Of a stretch of 53,593 nucleotides of DNA, positions 9,159 through 19,559 are shown in pieces. Each line of letters starts with the position of its first letter. Position 1 is the first letter of the stretch. Both the position numbers and the translations under genes were made by a program. The notes under the pieces were generated by a model. That model did no database searches. It was not told where the DNA came from and saw only the letters and a list, made by a program, of their open reading frames with translations. The stretch is from Gammaproteobacteria bacterium. GTDB lineage: Bacteria; Pseudomonadota; Gammaproteobacteria; Steroidobacterales; Rariloculaceae. The stretch lies in the NCBI GenBank assembly GCA_038125265.1, contig JAYPDM010000007.1, positions 1 through 53,593 on the forward strand, given 5' to 3'.

Positions 9159-10016
9159 ATGAGTACAGATATTACACTAAAAAATAATTTCGATGTGCCT
9201 TCACTATCAAGCGATAGTTTGCAGGTATATCTTAATTCTATTGCTGACATACCGGTATTGTCTGCAATAGAGGAACAAAAACTTGCAGAAAAGTTTTATA
9301 GGGATGGTGACCTTGAAGCTGCCCAATCCCTGATCGTAGCCAATCTGAAGTTTGTAGTACATATAGCAAAAAGTTACAAAGGCTATGGCATTAATCTCTC
9401 AGATCTTATTCAAGAGGGCAATGTAGGCTTGATGAAAGCTGTAAAAAGATTTGACCCAACTTTAGGAGTAAGGCTTATATCATTTGCGGTCCACTGGATT
9501 AAAGCAGAGATTCATGAGTACATCTTAAAAAATTGGAAGCTCGTTAAAATTGCCACCACTAAGGCACAACGAAAACTATTCTTTAATTTAAGAAAATCAA
9601 AAAAGAATCTGGGTTGGCTCTCAAAAGAAGAGACAAAAAGGCTCGCTCTGGACCTTGGTGTCAAGGAATCCGATGTAATGGAAATGGAAAAAAGAATGTC
9701 ATCCAATGATGTTTCTTTTGATCCTTTGGAGGATTCTGATGATGAGTTTACTCCTTCCTCTTTCGTCACTGATGAAGCAATTAATCCCTCGCTGATTATT
9801 GAAAATGAGGATTATGAAAGCACCTACCAAGCCAGACTTCTTGAGTCTCTTGATCTACTTGATCAGAGGAGCAAAGACATTGTCCAAAAAAGATGGCTTA
9901 ATGAAAATAAAGCCACGCTTCATGAGCTCGCTGATGCCTATCAGGTCTCTGCCGAACGTATTAGACAAATAGAAAACCAGGCACTCTTGAAGCTCAGAGA
10001 AAGTATTGCTCAGTAA
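9159..10016 (+). CDS. rpoH: RNA polymerase sigma-32 (heat-shock sigma factor)
   Basis: 285 aa. Contains the RpoH-box-like QRKLFFNLRKSKK, region 2 (LIQEGNVGLMKAVKRFDP) and region 4 (YQVSAERIRQIENQAL). Confidence 0.9.
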   Translation: MSTDITLKNNFDVPSLSSDSLQVYLNSIADIPVLSAIEEQKLAEKFYRDGDLEAAQSLIVANLKFVVHIAKSYKGYGINLSDLIQEGNVGLMKAVKRFDPTLGVRLISFAVHWIKAEIHEYILKNWKLVKIATTKAQRKLFFNLRKSKKNLGWLSKEETKRLALDLGVKESDVMEMEKRMSSNDVSFDPLEDSDDEFTPSSFVTDEAINPSLIIENEDYESTYQARLLESLDLLDQRSKDIVQKRWLNENKATLHELADAYQVSAERIRQIENQALLKLRESIAQ

Positions 10017-10067
10017 ATCTTCTTTCTGATTAATATCCCTTAAACTTAATTATGATATTCTCGAAGT

Positions 10068-10769
10068 ATGACTCGGAAAATCATTGCTATTGTAGAAGAT
10101 AACCCACAACTCCTAGAAAACTATACGCAAGCATTTGAGTCTTATGGCTATGACATTTTAGGATTTTCAAGTAGAGAACAAGCTGAGAAAAGCTTTCTCA
10201 ATAAACTTCCTGATTTGGTGATGATTGATATTAACCTCAATGATGAACCTGAAGGTGGTTTTGATCTTTGCCAGTTTCTTCGCGAAAAAAGTAAAACCTT
10301 GCCTATCATTTTTTTGACATCTATGGATCAGGAGCATGATGTCATTTCTGGTCTTAGAATGGGGGCTGATGATTATATAAGTAAATCGGTAAGCCTAAAC
10401 CTTTTGCATGTCAGGATTGCTAGCTTATTCAAGAGACTCGAAGCAAGACTTGATAAGCAAAGCTATGGATCTAATTTTCTTGAGTTGGGCAAAGTAAAAA
10501 TTGATATACCTAAAATGGAGATTTTCTGGAATGATCTTTTAATTCCCCTAACCGTCACCGAATTTCTTATTACTTATGCACTGGTAAAAAATAATGGCAA
10601 GGTCCTATCAAAATCACAGTTAATTGAGCACTCTGAAATATTTATTGATGAATCAAGTGTAGTTACTCAGATCAAACAAATAAGAAAAAAATTTCTAGTC
10701 AGTGATGATAAATTTGACTCCATCAAAACGAAATACGGTGCCGGATATCAGTGGCACTCAGAGCATTAA
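10068..10769 (+). CDS. OmpR-family two-component response regulator
   Basis: Receiver domain (IAIVEDN...LVMIDINL...GADDYISK) plus a C-terminal winged-helix domain (TVTEFLITYALV...YGAGYQW). Confidence 0.85.
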   Translation: MTRKIIAIVEDNPQLLENYTQAFESYGYDILGFSSREQAEKSFLNKLPDLVMIDINLNDEPEGGFDLCQFLREKSKTLPIIFLTSMDQEHDVISGLRMGADDYISKSVSLNLLHVRIASLFKRLEARLDKQSYGSNFLELGKVKIDIPKMEIFWNDLLIPLTVTEFLITYALVKNNGKVLSKSQLIEHSEIFIDESSVVTQIKQIRKKFLVSDDKFDSIKTKYGAGYQWHSEH

Positions 10770-10771
10770 AG

Positions 10772-12748
10772 ATGTCTAAGTATCTGATAGCATGGTTTAT
10801 GTTCATCATAGTATTTTTTTTTCTAAGTACACAGCTGTACTTAAGATCACTAGAGGGCGTGGTAAGGCAAAACATAGAAAGCAGCTCAAAAATTTTCTTT
10901 GATAGATCATTTGATGATTTCTCAAACTTAGGTTTGAATGAGAGTTTTCCAATTGACCCCTTGCCAGCTGAAGGATTTTATATTCCTTTCTCTGACTCCT
11001 CTTATTTCGCAATAGATGGAAGTATCGAGGATTGGACTTCAGACCTGAGTCATTATTCCTATTATGAGCTCTTTGAGAATATTACTTTAAAAACATTCTC
11101 TGATAATAGAAGCACATTCTTTCTTATTGAGTCTAAAGAAGGGGATACAGTTTCGAATAGCCAGATCAATAGCTTAGATAATAGGGTTATTTTAGATCTT
11201 GGAAGTTATAATTTACTCCTTACATTAATTATTCAACCTAATACTTCACTTCTTGCTACCACGACTAATAGAGATAACTACTCTCCCTCAAGTCAAATTG
11301 TCAATGAAGTTGAAGCTTATTCCGTCATCAATGATTCCGGCTATCATTTAGAATTAAGAATTCCAAATTATTTTATTGGTAATGAACTTGGATTTTCTTT
11401 TTTTGATAGCAATGAGGAAAATAATCCTCAATTCATGCAGGGTTCTATTTTTCCCGTTCTTTTTAGCAGATCCGATTCAAATAGTACTTTTTACTATGAC
11501 GCATTAGCTGGTTATGAGGCAATTACCTCAACCAATGGATGGGTCATCAAATCAAGTATTTTTAATCGAGATACCGATGAGGATCTGAATAATAATATTC
11601 TGATTAAAATTTACAGGACATACTTCCAATACCCCCTACAACGTTTAAATTTTAGTCAACAACGCAGCGGTAATGTCTACAGCGATTTTGGGATCAATAG
11701 GGATCAATTAGATTTAAATGAATATAGCTGGATACAGAATGAGCTGACGGATCATAGATATTTTTTATTCCATCAAGAAAGGCTCATTGGAGATAGAGCG
11801 TTTACTCAATTAGGAATCATTCCTTATGATCCTATTGCTAACATCGATAAATATTTATTCGATCGTTTTATAAATTTTTTATTATTAATTGCAATTGTAT
11901 TATTTGCCTTTCCTTTTTTTTATGACAGATTTCTTAAACTTAGAATCAAAAAATTATCATTTGCGGTATCAAATTTAATCGGACCCAAGGGAGAGGTAGA
12001 ATATTATTTACCAAGGAAAGTGCCAGATGACGAGATCGGCAAGTTATCAAAAAATCTATCGAAAGTATTTAGCCGGCTTCGTTCTCAAAGAGAATACCTA
12101 TCAACCATAGGATCAAAGTTATCTCATGAATTACGTACACCTTTAGCAATCATAAATACTACTATTGAAAATAATACAAATACTGAGAACCTCAAAGAAA
12201 CAGATAGATCTAAGATTCTGGATGCAACCAAGCGTATAGATTTTATACTTAGCAAAATGAGCGAGGCTAATCGACTGGAGGATTTTATCGATAACTCCTC
12301 AAGAAACACTTTTAATCTTTATGACTTTTATTTTAATTATTTCAATGCATTCTCTGAGATCCATACAAACTTATTTAATCTTGAATTCAAAAAAGCTGAA
12401 GACTCAAATAATCAATTTTATGGCTCCCAGGATCTACTTGCTCAGGCATTGGATAAAATCACAGAGAATGCCATTGATTTTTGTTCCAATCCTCCAATTC
12501 AAGTTTCAGTCACACAAAATGCACATTTACTTAAACTTTGCATTAGCAATCAAGGGCCACAAATTGCTGAATTTGATTTAGCAAATATTTTTCTTCCATT
12601 GTTTTCTACCAGAAAGCATAGAACTAGCACTAACTTGGGTCTAGGCCTCTACATGGCAAAATCCATCATTAGCTCTCATCATGGTGAATTACGTGTTTTT
12701 AATCACTCGAAAGGCGTCCAAGTAGAAGTTATATTTGTGCTCGATTAG
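10772..12748 (+). CDS. sensor histidine kinase with a large (~340 aa) extracytoplasmic domain
   Basis: ATG 2 nt after the regulator's stop; the ORF track starts at GTG 10751. Two TM segments flank an N/S-rich domain. H-box SHELRTPL and N-box ENAIDF are present. The G1 box reads NQGPQI instead of DxGxG; G2 is NLGLGL. Confidence 0.8.
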   Translation: MSKYLIAWFMFIIVFFFLSTQLYLRSLEGVVRQNIESSSKIFFDRSFDDFSNLGLNESFPIDPLPAEGFYIPFSDSSYFAIDGSIEDWTSDLSHYSYYELFENITLKTFSDNRSTFFLIESKEGDTVSNSQINSLDNRVILDLGSYNLLLTLIIQPNTSLLATTTNRDNYSPSSQIVNEVEAYSVINDSGYHLELRIPNYFIGNELGFSFFDSNEENNPQFMQGSIFPVLFSRSDSNSTFYYDALAGYEAITSTNGWVIKSSIFNRDTDEDLNNNILIKIYRTYFQYPLQRLNFSQQRSGNVYSDFGINRDQLDLNEYSWIQNELTDHRYFLFHQERLIGDRAFTQLGIIPYDPIANIDKYLFDRFINFLLLIAIVLFAFPFFYDRFLKLRIKKLSFAVSNLIGPKGEVEYYLPRKVPDDEIGKLSKNLSKVFSRLRSQREYLSTIGSKLSHELRTPLAIINTTIENNTNTENLKETDRSKILDATKRIDFILSKMSEANRLEDFIDNSSRNTFNLYDFYFNYFNAFSEIHTNLFNLEFKKAEDSNNQFYGSQDLLAQALDKITENAIDFCSNPPIQVSVTQNAHLLKLCISNQGPQIAEFDLANIFLPLFSTRKHRTSTNLGLGLYMAKSIISSHHGELRVFNHSKGVQVEVIFVLD

Positions 12749-12749
12749 C

Positions 12750-13313
12750 TTAAATTTTACAGGCGACACCAAGCCCCTTCATAGCACAATAACCATTAGG
12801 ATTTTTAGCAAGGTATTGCTGATGATATTCCTCTGCGAAGTAGTACTTATCTAGAGGTTCAATGGTTGTTGTAATTGGCTTGTCATTGAATTTTTCATTG
12901 ACGGACTTTTGATAATTCAACAGCGAGTGGTTTGCTATCTCAGAGTGTTTTTCTTCAAAATAAAAAATAGCAGACCTGTATTGTGAGCCAATATCATTGC
13001 CTTGCCTCATGCCTTGCGTAGGATCGTGCTCTTCCCAAAAGTGCTTTAATAATTGCTCATAGGTTATGATCTCGGGTTGAAAGATAATTTGAACTGTCTC
13101 AACATGCCCCGTTGTACCAGTACAGACCTCTTGATAGTTGGGGCTAGGAGTATTTCCTCCTGTGTATCCCACTGAAGTTGAAATCACTCCTTCGAGACGC
13201 CAAAAAAATCTTTCTATGCCCCAAAAACAACCCATACCAAAGTATGCCTGATGGCAGGTATCAGAATATGGCCCGGAAAGCGGAGTCCCAAAAATATGGT
13301 GAATGGTATTCAA
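12750..13313 (-). CDS. msrA: peptide-methionine (S)-S-oxide reductase
   Basis: GMGCFWGIE active-site motif, 187 aa. Confidence 0.9.
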   Translation of the reverse strand: MNTIHHIFGTPLSGPYSDTCHQAYFGMGCFWGIERFFWRLEGVISTSVGYTGGNTPSPNYQEVCTGTTGHVETVQIIFQPEIITYEQLLKHFWEEHDPTQGMRQGNDIGSQYRSAIFYFEEKHSEIANHSLLNYQKSVNEKFNDKPITTTIEPLDKYYFAEEYHQQYLAKNPNGYCAMKGLGVACKI

Positions 13314-14795
13314 TTAGATGGTTGCAGTAATAGGTGCTTCAAGATCAGACTCGCCCATTAAAAAAGTATCGATCGCTTTAGCTGCCCCCCTGCCTTCATT
13401 GATCGCCCAAACAACTAACGATTGTCCTCTTCTGCAATCACCTGCAGTAAATATATTTGGAACATTAGTACTAAAACTTCCATGACTTGCCTTAATGTTA
13501 GACCTTTGATCAAGCTCAAGTCCTAATTTATCTGCAAGAGAAGCCTCAGGACCTAAAAAACCTAAAGCTAAAAAAACCAAATCCGCGTTTAGCACCTCTT
13601 CAGAACCCTCAACTTCCACCATTGAAATACTTCCGTTCTTATTTTTCCACTCGACATCACAAATTTTTATACCAGTCACATGCCCAGAAGCATTTTTGAT
13701 GAATTCTTTCGTTAATTTTCCATAAGATCTTGGATCATCCCCGAACTTAGCAATCGTTTCTTCGTGTGAATAATCTATACGATAAATTTTAGGCCATAAA
13801 GGCCAGGGATTATTGACAGATCTTTCCTCAGGCGGAGTTGGCAAGAGCTCCAAATTAATAATACTTTTGCAACCATGCCTTAGAGAGGTTCCTATACAGT
13901 CGGCGCCAGTGTCACCCCCACCAATGACAATGACATCTTTATCTTTGGCGTTGATGTATCCTTTTTCTTTAAGTCCATCTTTGAGATAAGATTTTGTGTT
14001 TTTTGTTAGAAATTCCATCGCCATATGAATACCCTTAGCATCGCTTCCAGGTATATCCAAAGACCGAGCATTGGTTGAGCCAACGGCAACTAAAATAGCA
14101 TCAAAATCCTGAAGAGCATTTAGGCTTTCCTCAGAATCACCAATATTCATATTTGTCTTAAACTCGATGCCTGCCTCAGCCATCATTTGAACTCTGTTAT
14201 TAACGAGTTCCTTCTCTAGCTTCATATTGGGTATTCCGTACATAAGAAGACCGCCAATGCGATCAGCCCGTTCAAAAACTGTCACCTCATGACCTGCTTT
14301 ATTCAATTGATCAGCTGCTGTTAATCCGCATGGTCCTGAACCAATGATAGCAATCCTCTTTCCCGTTTTTTCTTTTTCTCTTTTGTGCTCTACCCATCCT
14401 TCTATTAAGGCTTTGTCGATAATTGCATTTTCAATATTTTTGATGGTAACTGCTGGATCAGATATGCCCAATACACAAGCGCCCTCGCAGGGAGCAGGAC
14501 AAGTTCTGCCAGTAAATTCGGGAAAGTTATTGGTTTGAGACAGGCGTTCGTAAGCTTCCTTCCATCGGCCTTTGTAGACAAGATCGTTCCATTCAGGAAT
14601 GAGGTTGCTGATTGGGCATCCATTATTCGATTGACAAAATGGGATGCCGCAATCCATACATCTGGCACCCTGTATGGATAATGCCTTATCATTGGCAGGT
14701 GTATAAATTTCTTTGAAGTCACCAAGCCTCTCAGCTGGATCTCTGTAAGCGACATTACGTCTGGGATATTCTAAAAAGCCCGTTGGCTTACCCAT
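13314..14795 (-). CDS. gltD: glutamate synthase small subunit
   Basis: Starts MGKPTGFLEY at ATG 14795, 8 nt after AAGGAGG; the ORF-track start at 14834 is probably an extension. Fe-S Cys clusters and a GSGPCGL dinucleotide fold are present. It overlaps the gltB stop by 8 nt. Confidence 0.9.
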   Translation of the reverse strand: MGKPTGFLEYPRRNVAYRDPAERLGDFKEIYTPANDKALSIQGARCMDCGIPFCQSNNGCPISNLIPEWNDLVYKGRWKEAYERLSQTNNFPEFTGRTCPAPCEGACVLGISDPAVTIKNIENAIIDKALIEGWVEHKREKEKTGKRIAIIGSGPCGLTAADQLNKAGHEVTVFERADRIGGLLMYGIPNMKLEKELVNNRVQMMAEAGIEFKTNMNIGDSEESLNALQDFDAILVAVGSTNARSLDIPGSDAKGIHMAMEFLTKNTKSYLKDGLKEKGYINAKDKDVIVIGGGDTGADCIGTSLRHGCKSIINLELLPTPPEERSVNNPWPLWPKIYRIDYSHEETIAKFGDDPRSYGKLTKEFIKNASGHVTGIKICDVEWKNKNGSISMVEVEGSEEVLNADLVFLALGFLGPEASLADKLGLELDQRSNIKASHGSFSTNVPNIFTAGDCRRGQSLVVWAINEGRGAAKAIDTFLMGESDLEAPITATI

Positions 14796-17700
14796 TGAAT
14801 AATCCTCCTTGAGCATCGCCTTCCTCATCGTCAATGTCAGCTTCTATTTCCTCATCATGCTTTCTTCTCTCCTCAAGCACTCTCTTGTAATCCGTAGGCA
14901 TGACTTTGATAAACTCTGATAGATTAATAGGCCATTCATCTAGAATTTTCCTCGCTACCTCAGATTTTGTATATATATAATGATGCTCAATCAGCTCAAA
15001 AAGCTCAGCGATATCCTCATCGGATTCAACAGGATCGAGTTCAACGGTTCCTAGATTGCACTTGCTCTCAAAATTTCCATTTTTGTCCCAAACATAGGCG
15101 ATTCCTCCAGACATCCCTGCGGCAAAGTTGATGCCTGTCTCTCCCAAAATAACTGCCCGTCCACCAGTCATATATTCACAGCCATGATCACCAACACCCT
15201 CAACGACCGCTTTGGCTCCAGAGTTTCTCACACAAAACCTCTCCGCCGCTTTGCCACGCAGATATGCTCTACCGCCGGTCGCGCCATAAAGCGCGACATT
15301 GCCAAGAAGAATATTTTCCTCGGCAACAAATGGGCTTTTTGAGTCAGGGTAAATAATTATTCTTCCTCCTGAGAGTCCCTTGCCGACATAATCATTTGCA
15401 TCGCCCTCAAGTTCTAAGGTCAGGCCTCTCGCGATAAAGGCTCCAAAACTTTGTCCTGCGCTACCATTAAATTTAACGTGTACAGTTCCCCTTGGTAAAC
15501 CACGCTCACCATACTTTGTTAGAATTTTATTGCTTAACATGGTCCCTACCGTTCTATTAGTATTGCCTATCGGTAATTCAATTTTAACGGATTCACCCCG
15601 CTCTAAAGCGGGTGCAGCCAATCTTATAAGTTCATTATCAAGAGCCTTATCAAGCTCATGATTCTGCTGAATAGTTTGTCTCGTGCCTGCTTCGGGCCTC
15701 ACTTCACTTGCATTCAAAAGCAGTGGACTTAGGTCAATGCCATCTGCCTTCCAATGATCAATTGCTTTTTTAGCGTCAAGGATATCAACCCGCCCTATCA
15801 TTTCATCAATGGATCTAAAGCCAAGCTTTGCCATAATCGTTCTTGCTTCCTCGGCGACAAGATAAAGATAGTTAACTACATGGTCTGGCTGGCCTTTAAA
15901 TTTTTTCCTAAGAGTCGGGTCTTGCGTTGCGATCCCGACAGGACAAGTATTTAGATGACATTTACGCATCATAATGCAACCCATCGCAATAAGGGGTGCG
16001 GTTGAGAATCCCATTTCCTCTGCCCCTAATAAAGCTGCGATCACAACATCTCTTCCAGTTCTTAATCCACCATCAGTCTGTAAGACAACACGACTTCTTA
16101 AGTCGTTTAGTACTAATGTCTGATGGGTTTCTGCAATACCTAACTCCCATGGCAATCCTGCATGCTTGATACTTGTTAGAGGTGAGGCTCCGGTACCGCC
16201 TGAGTCCCCAGAGATTAAAATATGATCAGCATGCGCTTTTGCGACGCCTGACGCAATAGTTCCAACGCCTACCTCTGAGACTAATTTGACACTAATTCTC
16301 GCAGCTGGATTTGAATTTTTTAAATCATGTATCAATTGAGCAAGATCCTCAATTGAATAAATATCATGATGAGGTGGCGGGCTAATGAGTCCTACGCCTG
16401 GTGTGGAGTATCGAATCCTAGCAATAAAATCATCAACTTTTTTTCCCGGTAACTCACCGCCCTCTCCCGGCTTTGCCCCTTGAGCCATTTTGATCTGAAT
16501 TTCATCGGCATTCATGAGGTACCATAAGTTCACACCGAACCGACCTGAAGCCACTTGCTTGATGGATGAACGCCTACTGTCCCCTGAAGGCATCGCATTG
16601 TATCGCTCAGGATCTTCACCACCCTCACCCGTATTGCTTTTGCCACCGATTCTATTCATTGCAATGGCAAGCGTTTCATGTGATTCAGATGAGAGCGATC
16701 CAAGGCTCATTGCACCGGTGCAGAACCTTTTCATAATTGCTGAAGCAGATTCAACCTGATTCAGAGGAATTTCTGGTCCATTGATGCCAAACTTAAATTC
16801 TAATAGTCCCCTCAGTGTTGCTTTTGCTTGTGAATCCTCATTCATGAGTTTTGCATAGTCGTTATATACATCAGCGTTTCGCTCTCTGGATGACTGCTGT
16901 AACTTAGCAATGGCATCTGGGAACCAAGCATGTACCTCCCCGCCAGAGCGCCAATGGAACTCACCGTGGTTACCTAGATTATTTGATCTGCGATTACCGA
17001 ATCCTAATCTATGACGTCTTATGCTTTCTTTTTCTAGGACATCAAAACCGACCCCTTGGAGACGGCTTGCCGTTCCTGTAAAGCATTTATGCATTACCTC
17101 ATCTCGTAGGCCTACTGCCTCAAATATCTGGGCTCCTTTGTAGGAGTGAAGCGTCGAGATCCCCATCTTGGCCATGACTTTAAGTATGCCTTTGGCCACT
17201 CCCTTTCTGTAAGCCGTGACTATTGCGTCATCGTTAGAGAGTTTTTTATCTAATAAATTCTCTTTTCTTGCCTGCCAAAGTGCTTCAAAGGCTAAATAAG
17301 GATTGATGGCATCTGCACCGAATCCGATCAATAAGCAAAAATGATGGACCTCTCTGGCCTCGCCCGACTCAAGAAGAATTCCAACTTTACTTCGCTTAGA
17401 TTTAGCTACCAATTTTTGGTGTACTGCCCCACAGGCAAGCAAGCTACTCACTGCAATTCTGTTTTCATTCACATTTCTATCAGAGAGAATAATTAAGCTA
17501 AAGCCCTCATCAACTGCATTTTCAGCCTCATTAGAAATACGGTCTAGCTGATGAATCAGGTTTGATTCCCTTTCATCAATTGCGTAAGTAATGTCAATTG
17601 TTTTTGTTTTCCAATTTTTATGGTCAATATTTTTTAGTGAAAAAAGTTCCTTATTTTTTAGGATAGGGTGCTTAATTCTTAGTCGGTGACAATGCTCTTC

Positions 17701-19368
17701 ATCGTCCGTTAATAAGTTCGCCTCAGGACCAATAAAAGTCTCGAGTGACATGATTACTTCTTCTCTTATCGAATCAATAGGAGGGTTTGTCACCTGAGCA
17801 AACAGTTGCTTAAAGTAATCATAGATAAGTCTTGGCTTATCGCTTAAACAAGCTAAAGAGGCATCATTGCCCATCGAGCCCACAGGATCACGAAGTTCTC
17901 TGACAAGAGGAATAAGCATAAACTGCATGGTTTCAGAGGTGTATCCAAATGATCTTAACTTTGGAACCAATGAGTCTTGATCTATCTTTTCATAGTCCTC
18001 AAATTTTGTGACCGAGGTGAGGGGTATTCTCTGTCTATCAAGCCATTCTGTGTAAGGATATTTGGTGTATACCGAGCGTTTCAATTCATCATCAGGTATC
18101 AGTCTTCCCTGATCAAAATCTAGCAAGAACATTTTTCCGGGCTCAAGCCTACCTTTTTCAATGACTTTTTCAGGGTCCGTTGGGATCACTCCAACCTCAC
18201 TCGCCATGATTATCTGATCATCCGATGTAACGTAATAACGACTGGGCCGAAGACCATTTCTATCCAGAACCGCCCCAATGGATCGACCGTTTGTAAATAC
18301 AATAGACGCCGGACCATCCCAAGGTTCCATTTTGCAAGAACTGTATTCATAAAATGCTCGCTTATTCTTATCCATGGATTCTCTTTTTTGCCATGCTTCG
18401 GGCACCATCATCATCACCGCCTCTTGAGGCGAGCGACCATTCATCACTAAAAATTCAAGAACACTATCAAAAGAACCTGAATCTGAGGTATTCGGTTCAA
18501 CAACTGGATATAAATCCTCTAATTCTTCTCCATAAACTGCACTTAATGCTGTTCCCTGTCTTGAAGTCATCCAATTTAGGTTTCCTCTAAGCGTATTGAT
18601 TTCTCCATTATGAGAAATCATTCGGTAAGGATGCGCCCTATCCCAGCTTGGAAAAGTATTGGTAGAAAATCTTGAATGCACCATCGCTAGATGCGTTTCA
18701 AAAGCCTGATCTTTTAAATCCTTATAAAAAGCGGTCAACTGGAAAGGCGTGAGCATTCCCTTATACACAAGGGTCCTGCAAGAGAGACTGCAAAAATAAA
18801 AAATTTCTGAATCATTCAGCTTAATCTGTGAACCAATAATATTAGTAGCTACTTTTCTAAGTAAATAAAGTCTTTGGTCAAATTCAAGCTCACTTTTAAT
18901 TTCTTTGGAAGTAATTAAGACTTGCTCGATAGCTGGCATAGCCTCTAAAGCTGTTTTACCAATATCTGCATTTTGAATATCGATGGGTACGGTCCTCCAT
19001 CCAATGATGGTTAGTCCTAATTCCAGCGCTTTCTTATTAAATAACTCTTTTGCTTTCTCAGTTTTTTTTACATCTTTGGGAAGGAAAGCATTCCCAGCAG
19101 CAATGAGCTGTCCCTGTGCTTTGAATTGAAACTCATTTTCTGCAATTTTTTTAATAAATGTTGAGGGAAATCCTACAAGTATTCCAACGCCATCGCCTGA
19201 GTTTACCTCTGCTCCTTTTGCACCCCTATGATCCATGCGACATAGTAATTTCTCAGCATCCGTAATGATTTGATGGCTTTGATTTCCCTTGATATTGGCA
19301 ACAAAACCGACTCCACAACTATCGTGTTCAAAGTCAGAGCTATAAAGTCCTATTTTTCTAGGTTTCAT
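14788..19368 (-). CDS. gltB: glutamate synthase large subunit
   Basis: 1526 aa. Has the N-terminal Ntn-amidotransferase Cys (HDSCGVGFVA), the FMN/3Fe-4S domain and a C-terminal GXGXG beta-helix domain. Confidence 0.95.
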   Translation of the reverse strand: MKPRKIGLYSSDFEHDSCGVGFVANIKGNQSHQIITDAEKLLCRMDHRGAKGAEVNSGDGVGILVGFPSTFIKKIAENEFQFKAQGQLIAAGNAFLPKDVKKTEKAKELFNKKALELGLTIIGWRTVPIDIQNADIGKTALEAMPAIEQVLITSKEIKSELEFDQRLYLLRKVATNIIGSQIKLNDSEIFYFCSLSCRTLVYKGMLTPFQLTAFYKDLKDQAFETHLAMVHSRFSTNTFPSWDRAHPYRMISHNGEINTLRGNLNWMTSRQGTALSAVYGEELEDLYPVVEPNTSDSGSFDSVLEFLVMNGRSPQEAVMMMVPEAWQKRESMDKNKRAFYEYSSCKMEPWDGPASIVFTNGRSIGAVLDRNGLRPSRYYVTSDDQIIMASEVGVIPTDPEKVIEKGRLEPGKMFLLDFDQGRLIPDDELKRSVYTKYPYTEWLDRQRIPLTSVTKFEDYEKIDQDSLVPKLRSFGYTSETMQFMLIPLVRELRDPVGSMGNDASLACLSDKPRLIYDYFKQLFAQVTNPPIDSIREEVIMSLETFIGPEANLLTDDEEHCHRLRIKHPILKNKELFSLKNIDHKNWKTKTIDITYAIDERESNLIHQLDRISNEAENAVDEGFSLIILSDRNVNENRIAVSSLLACGAVHQKLVAKSKRSKVGILLESGEAREVHHFCLLIGFGADAINPYLAFEALWQARKENLLDKKLSNDDAIVTAYRKGVAKGILKVMAKMGISTLHSYKGAQIFEAVGLRDEVMHKCFTGTASRLQGVGFDVLEKESIRRHRLGFGNRRSNNLGNHGEFHWRSGGEVHAWFPDAIAKLQQSSRERNADVYNDYAKLMNEDSQAKATLRGLLEFKFGINGPEIPLNQVESASAIMKRFCTGAMSLGSLSSESHETLAIAMNRIGGKSNTGEGGEDPERYNAMPSGDSRRSSIKQVASGRFGVNLWYLMNADEIQIKMAQGAKPGEGGELPGKKVDDFIARIRYSTPGVGLISPPPHHDIYSIEDLAQLIHDLKNSNPAARISVKLVSEVGVGTIASGVAKAHADHILISGDSGGTGASPLTSIKHAGLPWELGIAETHQTLVLNDLRSRVVLQTDGGLRTGRDVVIAALLGAEEMGFSTAPLIAMGCIMMRKCHLNTCPVGIATQDPTLRKKFKGQPDHVVNYLYLVAEEARTIMAKLGFRSIDEMIGRVDILDAKKAIDHWKADGIDLSPLLLNASEVRPEAGTRQTIQQNHELDKALDNELIRLAAPALERGESVKIELPIGNTNRTVGTMLSNKILTKYGERGLPRGTVHVKFNGSAGQSFGAFIARGLTLELEGDANDYVGKGLSGGRIIIYPDSKSPFVAEENILLGNVALYGATGGRAYLRGKAAERFCVRNSGAKAVVEGVGDHGCEYMTGGRAVILGETGINFAAGMSGGIAYVWDKNGNFESKCNLGTVELDPVESDEDIAELFELIEHHYIYTKSEVARKILDEWPINLSEFIKVMPTDYKRVLEERRKHDEEIEADIDDEEGDAQGGLFNG

Positions 19369-19559
19369 TGTCCTCTCTCGTAATTAAGCTATATAGACGA
19401 CGCGTTATAAGCTTACTTATTTTGGAACTTAGCAAGCTAAAATAATTTTGAGTCTATCTTGACGACCTCTAATTATAATAGATGATCATGAATATTTTAA
19501 GTCGCTATTTTTTTGGATTATAGCCTTTTGAGACATTAGGATATGAAATAATAGTAAAA

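Noticed and set aside
14796-14834. N-terminal extensions in the ORF track: gltD from 14834, pntA from 27413, DUF4174 from 45478, kinase from 10751, DUF805-cupin from 43555.
   Set aside because: In each case a downstream ATG gives the conserved N-terminus or a clean signal peptide. That ATG is preceded by a Shine-Dalgarno or forms a typical stop/start overlap, so the longer forms are probably artefacts of longest-ORF calling.
19482-19523. A 13-codon mini-ORF (MIMNILSRYFFGL) in the 191-nt gltB/thiolase divergent spacer, considered as a possible leader peptide.
   Set aside because: It has no Shine-Dalgarno, no following terminator/antiterminator structure, and no enrichment for a regulatory amino acid. 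It is indistinguishable from chance in AT-rich DNA.
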